A stretch of DNA of 63,617 nt, the filler included, from Lenisia limosa (lineage: Eukaryota; Protista; Breviatea), in the NCBI GenBank assembly GCA_001655205.1. It is 9 parts of 9 records of this genome, joined end to end, with 100 filler letters (N's around TTAATTAATTAA, not from the genome) between each part and the next. Parts side by side here need not be neighbours in the genome. Positions count along the whole stretch, not along the records: positions 11,425 to 27,874 come from LPNZ01007843.1; 8 more parts are not named here. One strand, written 5' to 3'. The first letter of the stretch is position 1. Every line of letters begins with the position of its first letter. Below the pieces are notes generated by a model, which saw nothing but the letters and a program-made list of their open reading frames with translations, was not told the origin of the DNA and ran no database searches. Both the position numbers and the translations under genes were made by a program. Shown here in pieces: positions 12,797 to 25,310 of the stretch.

Positions 12797-14397
12797 TTAG
12801 ACGGACAGGAAGTAGAGAATGAGCCACTGAAGAGTTAGATTGAAACGCATTTTCGAAGGCAAACCTGCAGAATGACAGAGAAAAAAAGGAAGTAGTTCCG
12901 CCTCATTCCAGCGGCAGCGTCTCTGTTCGTCATCGCCTCGGGCATGATGCAAGGCTTGAGAGTGTTGATCTAGGAATAAATGAGGCTCATTGTGGAAAAT
13001 GGATGTTCTCCACCAAAATGGAATCTATGACTAACCATGAAACTAGAGGCCGAAAATGCAAGCGCCATATAGAAGACAATAAAGGCATAGGGGATGCTGG
13101 TTAGTCCAATGAGAATCAGAAGCACAGCCCTGACATCGTAAGGAAATCGTAAGTTAAATTTGACTATCAAAGTTTGCTAATTAAGGATAATACTACTTTG
13201 ATCCATTCTATGGTGTAAGCATTTGAAGTCCAACTTATCTCACCAGAATGCAAAGATATAAAATAGTTTCCCAGATTGAAGAATTATCACCACCCTCAAA
13301 CGAGACAAGTTTGTATCCGGCGATGGCAGCACATTCGTACCAAGACATGGGAGCAGGGGCAGAAGTCAAATACATACCCAACTACAGAATCAATTAATAA
13401 CAATATGTTCCTCTTCTCAAGATTGTGAACATTTCGCTTCAAAATGAAGCATATTTACCTTTATGGTTGAAACTTCCAGAGTCAACGTGAAAACCAAAGT
13501 AGAGGCAGCCATTCCAAGGATCTCAGGATTGAAACTAGATATAAGTGGTTTGCATGTTTCCAACCTTCCTGCCGCACCCTGGAGAAGACCTTGCATCAAA
13601 ATGTATGTTACCGCTGCCATAACAGGAATATAGAGGTCTGGTGAGAATACGTCATCTCGGGGGTTGGCCACATCACCAGAGCCTGTCTACTCATCATAAG
13701 TAACCATATTGGAGAAGTACTTCATCGAACAAGAATAAGCAACCATAAAAAATCAGAGAAGTACTTGACCGACGAACAACCACATACCTGGTCCTGAAGA
13801 ACTCTTCTTGACCAGGAACCCTGAAGGTAATTAATAAGAGATCATGAGGAAACACCCTTAAATACCAATTAACAAACCTTATGAATGAAAGGAAGGAGCA
13901 CTAGCTTGAGTTTGCTCACAACATAATTGTTATCAACCTTAAAGAGCCTCTTGAGGTCAGAGGACTGCAGCACCTTGTCCATCTACATTCCAAAGGTTAC
14001 AAACAATGGTTGGTAAAATGGAAGAATAGCTGCATTGTTTCATTATTCTCACAAAAATATGTCAACCCATCAAACATTTGATCTGAGATACTGCTCGCTG
14101 TTGTCAAAGACCTTCCCTCCAAGGTCGAGTCCGACCTTGGCATAGGTGGAATCGGCAAAATTGGCAAATTGCGGCTGGGGCTGTGGGACTCCAATGGGGT
14201 TATGTTGAGCAGCAGGTATTGCCTGTCCATAGCTTGGTTGCTGAGATAGTAAGTGATCCAAAAAATATGAAAAAGAGAGCAGAGGAAGAAAAACCCACTG
14301 GTTGAAGGGGAACTTGAGAATGGTGTTGGTGATCTGAAAGAAGGTGAACTCAAAATACAAAAGTATCCCTACCATCATTATAAATGTTCTGATTCAT
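12797..14397 (-). CDS. YIF1: Yif1/Hrf1 ER-Golgi membrane trafficking protein
   Basis: MNQNIYND...; ANPRDDVFSPDLYIPVMAAVTYILMQGLLQG..FNPEILG; C-terminal MRRNYFLFFSVILQ|WLILYFLSV*. Confidence 0.9.
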
Positions 14398-14758
14398 CTT
14401 AATTTACTTAAAAGAAGCAGCCAAAGGCAACTTCACTAATTCAAAACAGTTGCTTTTTTGGAGCAAATCCAAATAATTCTTCAACTGACGACGATTAATA
14501 TAAGGTTATCTCTCGTGTATATATTTGTTCATTCGAATTGTTTCAGATTTTATTTAAATAGTGTTTTTACCTGGGGAATAAACTTTGTGTAACTGTTACT
14601 TAAGCGGATTGTTTCCCACGCATAATTATCACATTCACATAGGACGCCTCTGTAAGAGTTGAAAGTTGAGAGTAGAATAGCAAGGTATATTTTTTTGTGG
14701 GACCAAAGTTTTTACAGTCAATGCCGCTGGCCCTCTTAGGGCTCTTTCAGCTTTAAAT

Positions 14759-17700
14759 ATGGATTTAACCTTGCACCGAGTGGATCTTCACCAGGTACGA
14801 GTTGCCCCCTCCAATTCACCTTTCCAGACGGGCGGTTCCTTGGCAAACAAGTCATGTGTAGTGTTCCCACCTGGGAAGAAAGGAACACAGAAGATTGGCC
14901 TTGGTGATGAAACTGGTCTTTTCACCGTTCTTGCTTCAAGAAAAGGAGAACCTGAGGTTTGGGGCAGACAACTCATTTGAAATGCCTTTTGAACTGTTTC
15001 TATTTGGGATTGTTTTATCACTGACATTAAGTAAATATACCTCTTTTGAAATGTTGAGCATAATAAAGAATAAAATTTCAATACAAAACTCCAAGAAGCG
15101 GGATGACCCGCTCTAGGTGGTATCAACAACGCAGTTGAAGTCGGACAGGGCCATCTCACGCCTCGCACCCTGCCAGTCCGCAAACCCTTCCAAGGCCGAA
15201 AACGTGGCTGTTGCCCAAGGCTCCACCGTTAAGCTGTTTAACAGAAAGGTATCTTTATGTTAAGTTGATTCGGGATATGATAATAGAATATACCTGTAAC
15301 ATACCAGATATTTAAGTATATTTGCAACATCTTATTCGTTAAAAGTGATGAGGTACCTGGAATCCTTTGAGCTCTTCTTTTATAACTTGAAAATATGAAT
15401 TTGTTCGTCTTTAATTCAATTTGTCTTATCCCTTTTGATTTGATAGTCTCTTTGTTGACTCTATAGTATTTATTTATCAATGTTGTCATTCTCCAGGGGA
15501 AAGAAACGGGGTCATTTGAAACCCACGCCAGTGACACTGTTAAGGCCCTTTGCTGTATGTTCCGTTTTCCAATCTCTTTCAACTTTGCAATCATCACAAT
15601 ACAGACCATGAAGACAACATTTGGCTTGGTACCAGGCATCATTTGAACATGTACAGGTCCGGTACCAAGATTTCCTCCTATATTCCACCCGGTTTGTGAA
15701 TGCCTCCTCTCCTGACATCTTAGACTCGGTTAATGACATGATCGCTATCAAATGGTCTTCAAAAGTGTGCATCTGCGCCGCCATGGGTGACCGAACTCTT
15801 CGGATTATTGATGTTTGCTAACATTAAGGATTGACAGTCTAGGGTGATAAAGAGGTAGCAAGTCTTGGTCTTGATGATTCTGCCACTGCCTTGGCTCTTT
15901 TTGCTGACCCTGCTGCCAAGAAACAGTGAGTTAACTAATGTTGTTACTAATTTATTCTAATAAATTAAACATTATTTATTAATTAAATTTGCGCTGCTTA
16001 GGCCAGGTATAAACTGACAACTCTACACAATATGGAATGATATTGGTCTTCACTCCGATCCAGAAAATGACTAATATCTCGATCAATTATCGATTTTTTC
16101 GTACCGGGGTGAAACCGTTCAATATATCAAATGCAAGCATCACTGTTTTAGGCCGGTTGTGTTTGGGACAACAAGAGGGCACATTGGATGCGCTGCAATG
16201 CTGTCGAATGGCGAGTTTAGCTTGTTTTGGACGGCTCCTCCTTCTGATCCAAATGACGGGTATGAGGCTTTCATTAAATTATGCATTCTGGGTTCTGCGA
16301 TTGGCCTTTCTTTCAACACATGTACCTCTTCATATATATGTATGTATCTCTTTTTACTTTTCGAATAAATCCGTTTTTTGTGAGTGTAGTTGCACATTGT
16401 CTTAAAACAGAGTTTCAGTTTTGGTCAATGATCAACAGTTGACCCACACAGTGGCGTAACTGCCATGGTGTGTCGAGACGTATCTGGAAACGGAGAATTG
16501 GAGATAGTTGTTGGTCGGTCCTCGGGTCTGGTTGAAGTCTGGCGTTCCGGCAGGGGTAGCCAGCAAAGTCCAGTCAAAATCTTCCAATCTTCAATTCGTC
16601 AGGCTGTTACAAGGTGGGTGGGTGTTTCACCATATCACCTATTTTTGGAATTTCAATTTTGCGCAAAGTTCTTGTAGAGTCTTATTAATTGTTGACGGCT
16701 TCGGCCAGATACTACCTTATTTTTTATTTCTCATTGCTATATATAACGTACTATCTAGTGTGGATGCCGGAAAACTGAGTTCGCCTCTCCGCTGCGATAT
16801 CATTGCGACTACTTTCACTGGAAAAGTGGTCTCATTCATGCACCCCATTCCGCAGGAGGAGTCTGAGGCTCTTTCAGATCCCGTTGCAATGCTAAACCTT
16901 CAGAAAAAGACCGTCAAGGCAACTGAAATGGGTGGGTAACCTTCTCTTACCTGCTTGGCAAATATACTTCTCATGTCTTCAGATGTGTCTCGATTAAGAG
17001 AAAAACTCCGAAAGGAAACAGAGAAGTTTCAAAAGCAAAACTCAGAGCGAATGATTGCTTCTACTCCTGATATTTCTGTCAACACCTCTTTTGTTTTGTC
17101 TGCGGTTTGTCAGGAGCAGATCTTGAACAGCTTATCCCCCAGGACGAAGGAACACACACCCTTGTTTTCGAGTCAAGTCACCCCATTGACCTTGTTATTA
17201 TTCGTGCCGACATTGATATTGATATGGCTGACATTACTCAAAATGAAACAGTGATGTGCAAAATACCTGACCCTGGAAATGTTGGTTAAAGCTAATGCTT
17301 CAATTATGACCATATCATAGAGTATATATGATCTACTAATTATATAATAAATATATATTATGAATATGAATATATATATAGTATAGGATGTATGTATATA
17401 AGCAATGAGAATAAAAGAAGGTTGTATCTGGCCGAANNNNNNNNNNNNNNNNNNNNNNNNNNNNNNNNNNNNNNNNNNNNNNNNNNNNNNNNNNNNNNNN
17501 NNNNNNNNNNNNNNNNNNNNNNNNNNACAATTGTGACCAGATAGGGTAACAAGCTGTTGGTTACTTATCGATGTCCGTTATCCGCTCATCGTCTCGAGAT
17601 CAAGGTTGGGGAGAATTGATAAAACAAGATTGCAACATCATATTGCTATGAGATGCAAGATGCATATAATAGTAGTAGTATATGATAGATTATTGTTGTA

Positions 17701-19303
17701 ATGAGACAATGAAAAAGTCCAACATTATAGCTTGTGTCTTCACCATTCAGATGCGAACATTGGAAGGAGAAAGTGGAGTTCTTGATGGCCTTGTCATCCC
17801 CAGAGTTTCTTTCAAGGTCCGTTCTTTTGTCTTCTGATCACCTTTAGACTTGCCTCCAAAACACCTTCCAAATCAAACCCCTTTCTCTCCATCTTCGTTC
17901 GCATCACATTGACTCCACCCGGTTTGCCCCCTGTACTTTTTTTGCAGTAAAGTCTCTATTGAAACTAGGATCATAAAGATCTGGCGGTTTAACTGTACAC
18001 AAAGAAAACACCTAACCTCCAAGACCTCTCAATGCCCTCACCGTCACTGGTAACTTCAGCCTCGCTGAACTGCATGCATGGACTACACAATGTCTAGATG
18101 AACTCCCAGAAGCGTATGTCCATCTTTTTGATAACGGTTTAGACCACCTTCCGAACAGGGAAGCTTCTTTTACAGAAACGTCTTCCTTGATACCGTTCTC
18201 ATCTTCAACTACAAGTAGGGATCCATAGCTCCACCTTGATATTGCCCCTTTACTGCAGCCTTAAAATAGCACATTTATAATACCCCTCTGTGGCGCCTTT
18301 ATATTGCCGTTATAGTGCTCCATACTTCCCCAAGAGGAGACGTACGACGTACTACACCCCCCAGGACTACTTTTTTTTTACCTTTCAGGAAAAATGAGGC
18401 CAAATTTGAGTCAGATAACCTGTCTACGCTTTCAGTGATCCGTGAGGCGATTTCTAGTGCAGCCAACAACAGAGGACGTAGCTTGTCCATTCAAACCAAA
18501 ATCGACCCCTTGTCAACCCGTGGGTTTTGGGTGACGCTTGTCTTAATCCGACAACTACCTCCGGCGTGGCACTCCTCAAACGAGTGGAAAGAATAGTAAA
18601 CAGAAAGAATGCTTCCCACATATCTCTTTTCAACCGTATCTCTCTGATCCTAGTTTCTTACTGCAAAAAATTTTATTGCTTTCAGAGTCAGTCATCGAAC
18701 GGCTGCATCCCCTTATTGCCCATCATCTTCACCTGCAACATGCCAACCAAATCACTGACGCTTTAGAGGTGAGTGGCCTCTTGAATACAGGGGGGCAGAG
18801 TAACTAGCAGGTGTTTTTGTTCCGAATTAGCAGGTTTTTTTGTACTTGATTTTCAGGAACGGTTCTCTTTCTCATTTTATACAGGAAATCAAGTTACAAG
18901 AAGGAGATATCTCATTCTTCAATAAGGCCCTCGTTGATATCGATGAAAATGCAGCTGAGGTTGGGGGAGAGCAAAACTGGAATTTGTTCCGTATCAGTCT
19001 TGTATTCGTTGCCAATATCCTTAAATGGATATCAGAAGATTGTCTCCCCTTACCTTGCCAGATCTCAAAAGAGCTGAAAATGTTCCCTCGAAGGTTTGAG
19101 TTCCTCATCAGGACAGCTGCAAACCTCTACAGCGACAGTCTCAAATTCCAGGGTGGCGTTTTGAAGGTTTGCTGATTTACGGTCATAAAACTGAGGTACT
19201 GGTTGAGGTGTTTCTGACGGTTTAGTATTCTAAAGAAGAAATCGAGTCGTTTATTCGAAATAACTACTCTCTGGAGCAGTTCCAAGAAATGTTCCATGTC
19301 TAA
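14759..19303 (+). CDS. BBS7: Bardet-Biedl syndrome 7 protein (BBSome subunit)
   Basis: [13 protein letters not shown]...[11 protein letters not shown]; [15 protein letters not shown]; [11 protein letters not shown]; [20 protein letters not shown]; [11 protein letters not shown]; last exon [25 protein letters not shown]. Collinear with BBS7 from memory. Confidence 0.92.
16691..16745 (+). repeat. Dispersed repeat family B (short copy, BBS7 intron)
   Basis: GACGGCTTCGGCCAGATACTACCTTATTTTTTATTTCTCATTGCTATATA. Confidence 0.8.
17395..17436 (-). repeat. Dispersed repeat family B (BBS7 intron, runs into a gap)
   Basis: Reverse complement TTCGGCCAGATACAACCTTCTTTTATTCTCATTGCTTATATA. Confidence 0.75.
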
Positions 19304-19869
19304 GTTTCGTGTGGTCCAATAGACATAAACAAAATAACATGCATTAAAATATCAAAATAATACATAGAATTCAAAATAACTTCTAAAAGAAAATTGAACA
19401 ATACTTCACTGCAAACGTAAGTGGTCATTTGTGACAAACTGATAATAAGAAGACCTGCAGATAAAAACCTATGATGATGCCATAACAGAAGTCTAGATAA
19501 AATTAAACAACAAGTGTGAAATAATCTTACCATTTCCAAACATTTTGAACCAAAAGCTTCATTGTATAAGCGCAGCAGGTCACTAATCAGTAAACAAGCC
19601 AAAGTGTGACAAACTAGTCAGAAATGGGGGAATGTGGGCTGGAAGGGTCCAAAAGCGGATGCGACAATAATCCTAAAAGATAACATAAATTTATATTTAG
19701 GAGCATTACCTTTGCCCTGTTGTCCATTTTTAGAAACAAACTTCAAGATGTCCTTCCTGAATAGGGCGACCAGTTCAATGTACTACAATAGTTACATCGT
19801 TTCCTTACCCCAATCCCAATATCTAGCCTTACAACCAAGGATAGATGATGAAATACCCTATTTTCTCAG

Positions 19870-20568
19870 CTAATTCAATCTAAACACTTCCAACCTCTTC
19901 TTCTGTTTCAAGATCAGCTTCTAAAAGGGTGAGCTGTATCCTAACGATTACTCAACATACCTTCAGGGCTGACATGAATGAATCGACACTTCCGGCCATA
20001 CACACATTTTCCGGTGGTGTGGAATGTTTTGCAAACTTCTAGCAAGTGAGTGATGAAGTGATGAAGTCCAAACAAACCAGTCTTGAACTTGGGGTGTCTT
20101 GGAAGTACCCTCAGTTCCTCTTTGCCATGTGCAAATTGACAGCGCCAACCATATCTAAAAAAGAATAAATATATACTCCATAATTCATTTTGAGACTATT
20201 TCGAAGATATATGTCAGGTGAATATTACACAGAGTCACATAAGAGTTGTCCTGTCATCTTGTCTACTCACCGACAGACACCATTGAGCTTCCATGAGCGA
20301 CACATTTCCGTTTTGTACAGTTCTCCATTTGCATTGTGACGTGCCGGTTCATCAATGGGGTACTCGTTGGGGTCTGGTTACGTCAGTTTCGAAATAAATA
20401 GACACAATGATGTATAAAATATGATGTACTATATGTAGTACATAGATATTTTAATAATGATTCGATTCTCACCTGATGGATTGGAGAACAAGTCGAAATA
20501 GAGTTGTATGCTTGCCATTCGGGCTTTGGGGGACTCGCTTTCAGCTTGTTTTTCAGATGTTGAGACCT
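19870..20568 (-). CDS. Tandem CCCH zinc-finger mRNA-decay protein (TTP/ZFP36/TIS11 family); 5' end uncertain
   Basis: [17 protein letters not shown]|[25 protein letters not shown]|[22 protein letters not shown]: the canonical TZF with lead-in and RHPK(F)KTE linker. Confidence 0.92.
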
Positions 20569-21229
20569 GTAAAGTGACTTATGACTGGAGCTTCCTTCCC
20601 GTTTCAAATATGATAAATATCAATTTTTTATTGATTTGATTCAGAAATTCAGTTCTCTTTCTCTCTCGGACCGAGAGAAGTTACTAATTACACTGTTCAT
20701 ACCGGTGTGGGGAAAAGGGACTCGTGGGAGGTTTCGTAGTCAAGACAGCCAAAAATCTAAAGAATGACAAGATCCAAAATTGACCTACGTGACTTCTCCC
20801 GTTGACTTTTGAAATGGAACCGTGCCGCCGTGGCTCACAATCGGTAGTGGGCGTTTCAAGTGTGGAATGTAAGGCGGTCTGCGAAGTCTATTGATGTCAA
20901 GAGTTAAACAGTGTCTTACATGAAGAGAAGGGTTCGAGTGCGACGGATTAAGAGTGTTGCAAGGTTCGTCAGAAAAGCGAATACCAGGCTAAAATGTCAA
21001 AATAAATACAATTGACCAACTGTGTGAACTTGACTGTATTTGGGCAAATGAGTGTGGTCTTTGTGTCCCTATAACGTAAATTGAATTTGTTAGGTGACGA
21101 AATGTAATGTCAGAATTATAAGCTTACGGCAAAGGTTCCAATCGAATTTGAATGAGCCATGTATTGACCAAGTTTGTTTTCGTTAATTGGGAACTGAAGA
21201 AGGTCAAGCCACAATATGTAATCATAATT

Positions 21230-22140
21230 TCATTTCGCTAATAAAGCAGGTAAACCCACGAGTTGTGAGAAGTCAGCCGTTTCAGCTGGGAGAGACCGAG
21301 ACCCCCCTTCTCGATGTTCTACAGTCATCACTACATTGCGATTCTTACCGTTGGGAACATAGGAGATGTCCGAGCAAGTTGGTGATTGAGTAAGGGCTTC
21401 CGTGTCCAGTACTAAAAGATGAAAGTTAAGCTCATATGTCGATATGCACATCTACAGCAACAACCGTTACCAGCAAACATGGGTATGCGAAGTTGGGAAA
21501 TGATGTCTCCACGCCCTCCTGAATACGATGCACAGAACGCTCAGAGTTGAGTGTTTTGATTGGTGAAATCTCACAGGGAGTGTCTTTACGAACTTTCTTG
21601 GAAATATTAACGTAACCTTTGTTCAAACCGGGAGAGTTAAGGAGCTCAGGGGCAGGGAAGGTACTACATTTGCTGTCGATTCTGGTGGTCGCGAAAACGG
21701 TCCCGTTTCAAACAATTCAGGAATGCCTAAATGATTAAAGTATTCAATAGAACAGGGATACCAACCAGGATAATCCTCGGTAGGATGTGGCGGGGTCTCA
21801 AGAACGTTGTTTGTGATAGCCAAGCCTGCTGACCATCCTTTTGGGTCATGAATGACATAAAGACAACAAACCTGATGGGGAAGTTTCAATGTTGGGTTTT
21901 GATGCAAAAGTTGACTTCTAAACACATAAAATGTTTATAGTGTCAAACTTCTGAATGTATCTTTCCTTCGGGGTAGAACGGCCGAGCATTGAGATGGTTA
22001 GCTAGGTTCACGTTTGGCTCTCGGGCAAAGTCAAAGGCAGACACACATTTTGGGACTGGACATGTAATTTTCATCACGATATACCAACCATCGTTACCTT
22101 TATGCCTTCGAAGATGTGGCGACAAGGTCAGAGCCTCCAT
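21230..22140 (-). CDS. Ser/Pro-rich exons; possibly the 5' part of the TZF gene or part of the upstream orphan gene
   Basis: Chain of GT-AG-bounded open exons (e.g. VPKCVSAFDFAREPNVNLANHLNARPFYPEG, KVRKDTPCEISPIKTLNSERSVHR). Phases are compatible with joining to the 20568 exon. Confidence 0.45.
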
Positions 22141-22244
22141 TACACCCATCGGTGGCGAATTGGACTAAGTAATTAGACAAGTGTGGAAAAAGTAAAAATG
22201 TGATTTTTATGAAGGCTTATTTGGTGTGTTTTAAACCTGAATCA

Positions 22245-24552
22245 TTACTGAATTGGATTACAAATGCCTTTGTTATTTTTAGTTGAGTTGAAGAATAGTA
22301 CTATGAAATGTGAAGGTGACATGAATACCTTGGTGTTACTTGTCTCAAGTTTGTCGAGGGGTGTGAGGCAGAGACCTTCAGAGGACATGGCTGGTGTTAA
22401 CGATAGTGGGGTAGCCACAGGCACTAAGAGGGGTAATCCATTTATATTCAACTATAACAAACTGTCATCTCCAGGGAGGCTTGTCTTGACTGATATCTAA
22501 ACATATTACAAAAGTTAAAAGACGCAAAAACATTCAGGTGTAATATCATTGAACAAATCACAGCAAGTCATATCGCCACAAACATTTGATGGAGAATTTA
22601 AGAGGGGCTCGGTTGCACTTTGGCTTCGCTGTCTTCGCAGTCCAATTTCACCCCAGTTATTATCGTTTGAACCCGGAAACTACAGGGTCACAAAACGTTT
22701 TCCAAATTACAATTGTCACCCACAACCCACAACATGACCCTTGTTGGTACCCTTCTTTGATAATGAGTCAAACGGAGATTGTGAACGCCGTCCATTCTGG
22801 AAGCGTGAGGGCAAAAACAAAGTAGCTCTGATAAATACAAATGTGAAATATCTGTCCGAAGGCAATATTATAATAATGATTCCAATTCTTAAATAATGAT
22901 GTCAATAGTATAATAAGGATGCCAATAATATAATGATTAATGAGGAAATGATGACAAAGAATATAATGATAATTTATGTCAAGAGAATGAAATGTGAAAA
23001 TGACAATTTTCAGCCATACAGATGACGTTGATAACATACATATGATGCTGATAAAAAACAGATGCTGATAACATACAGGTGATGGTGAAAACAAACCGGT
23101 GATGGTGACGCTTTCCTTTTGTTCGGACCGGGGGATCCTCTCGGGCTCTGACTAGACTTGTACCCTGAAGGAGGGGGGCTCTGACTGAACTTCCGCGGGC
23201 GGGGTGGAGAGGGGCTGAACTTGCGTTGGGAGGGTGAATCGGAATCGGAAAACGCAAAGTAGGCTGAGTGTGCGGAAGGACTATCCTTTCCGAACCCTGA
23301 TGCTTTGGCCCGGGCTTCTGACATTGTTCCTCTTATGGCAAGCGCATCCTGGGAATTTGCCTGTGGCTCATGGTCAGAACTCGGGCGGCGATGTCTGGTC
23401 CGCGACGGGGTGCGGGTACGTGATGAACTACGTGGTTCACCAGACCGCCATGACCCCTCGCTACGGCGGCGGGGAATTTGAGGAGGTGTCTCATTGGACT
23501 TTGCTGGTTGGTTCTTTTTTGTTCTATTGCGACTTCGTTTGTTTTTGGCTTTTCGAAAGGTCGCGCTGTCACTAACTTCAAGATCCCTGTGGTGATGTCA
23601 TCAATATTATGTGATTCGAGGCAAGGAGCATATGTTGCATGTCAGCAAGTTATCTACGTGTTTCAAACCAAATCCTTGGGGAAATTTTGCCTGTAATGTA
23701 TCATTAGAAACGTTTCAACCCCCACATACTGAGAAAGCTGATTGACCTGCTCAGTGACAGAAGACTTATTCTGGGGAGTTAACGTGGTTACATGCTATCC
23801 CCCTTTATTTTCTCTTGACATTTTGAGAAGTGCAACTATCCGACAGTCATGTACTATTGTAAAAAACCAAAAAAAAATGTCAAACTAAATAGCTTTCACA
23901 AATACAAAAGAACGGAGGGTTGTATAACAATAAAACCAGTGGAAACACGTGTGCACATGCACAGCACATGCACATGCCTTTTTTATACCACCTGATCACT
24001 CGGGGTTTTTTTTTCTCTGTCAATTAAAAACACCACCCAGTTAACAAGGGGAAAACAAAAGAATCTTAATCTCAATCCTTCAATCAGAGTTGGTCAAAGA
24101 AAAAGAAAAAAAATATGATTTACAAACCTTGTAAGGTGAAGACTCATCCGCGATACTGGACGTTTGAGCGGAGAGAGCTGGAGTCATTTTAATGAGAAAC
24201 AAAATGACCACAAAGACGACGGCGATGTTTGCAATTGTTACGATGAGAGAGGGTTCATGTGGAAGAGTAATTTGGGAGGACATTCCTTTGATAGCTATTC
24301 TGATACAAGGGAACAAACTGTCTAAGTGAAATATTAAAAGAGAAAACAAAATTTAATAAGCCCATTTCAATGGGTTCAAACACAAAAGCAAGATATTTCC
24401 TTCCAGGAAAATTTCAGAACTGGCATTGAATTTTTGAATTTCGTTCCGAGATCGTCGGAACATTGTTCGGATGTGGGCGGTTCAGGGTTAGAACCAAGAG
24501 TCTTCTCACCACTCACTACGTTTAAACACTTATATAGAAGATAAAGCGGCAT
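22245..24552 (-). CDS. Uncharacterised gene: one TM segment plus a Ser/Pro/Arg-rich region
   Basis: Putative start MPLYLLY at 24552; TM-like LIVTIANIAVVFVVILFLIK (about 24190-24250); long exon ...RRRSEGSWRSGEPRSSSRTRTPSR...RKFSPSPPRPRKFSQSPPP (23097-23480). Confidence 0.5.
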
Positions 24553-25310
24553 AAAATAGCCTTATAACCTGGTAACACTCACTTTTCTGCATTGGGCTAG
24601 TGCTCAGCAAGGCGCTCCAAGGTGACTCGAGTGTGAAGCCTCCCAAACGTTCTCTCACACGGCTCTTTAATGCCTACTGTCTTCTTTTAATGATAATAAA
24701 TCTTTTATTCTTCAAATGCTAAGAATCGAATGAAAAAAAGGAGGAAAGGCAATAACCGCCAACCTTCTTCTTTAGGAAAGGTTGACTGTCTTTTTGCTGA
24801 CTCTTTTGGAATAAATCCGACACCACATGTTCCATAATAATGCGGCTTTATTCATCAGTTACACCGTTTCAATGAAATAAATTGCTTTAGAATAATAAAA
24901 TTTTGTTTTATGCAATAGTATAACTCCATAATAACTCGATATCTTGCATTTCATCATACTTTCTAAGGCGGATAGGCAGATACTTTCTTATTCCCATCAT
25001 TCTTTTGTTGAGTTTGGTCCTTTCTCTTCTCTGGCCAAACCAAAAATGCCCCTCCTTTTTTTACCTCCATGTCCATGCCTTATTCTTTCAAGCGACAAGT
25101 GGCATACCCATCCCGATTGTCAGAGTATTACTCCTATTGATGGTGTGATAAGACAAAGGTTGTTGTATTGTTGTTGTACATCGTTTGAACCTTTATGATA
25201 GGAGTTATTTTGCTTTGTGTCATTTACAAACCCAACCCAGACCTGGAGAAAACACTTAGGAATATCAAGAATCAAAAGGGGGGAGGGAGGGGGAGGTACA
25301 GTCCATAAAT

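Noticed and set aside
22900-23095. His/Tyr/Cys-rich ORFs from a degenerate 18-21-bp tandem repeat
   Set aside because: They lie right after a GT donor in an intron; the translation is a by-product of the repeat.
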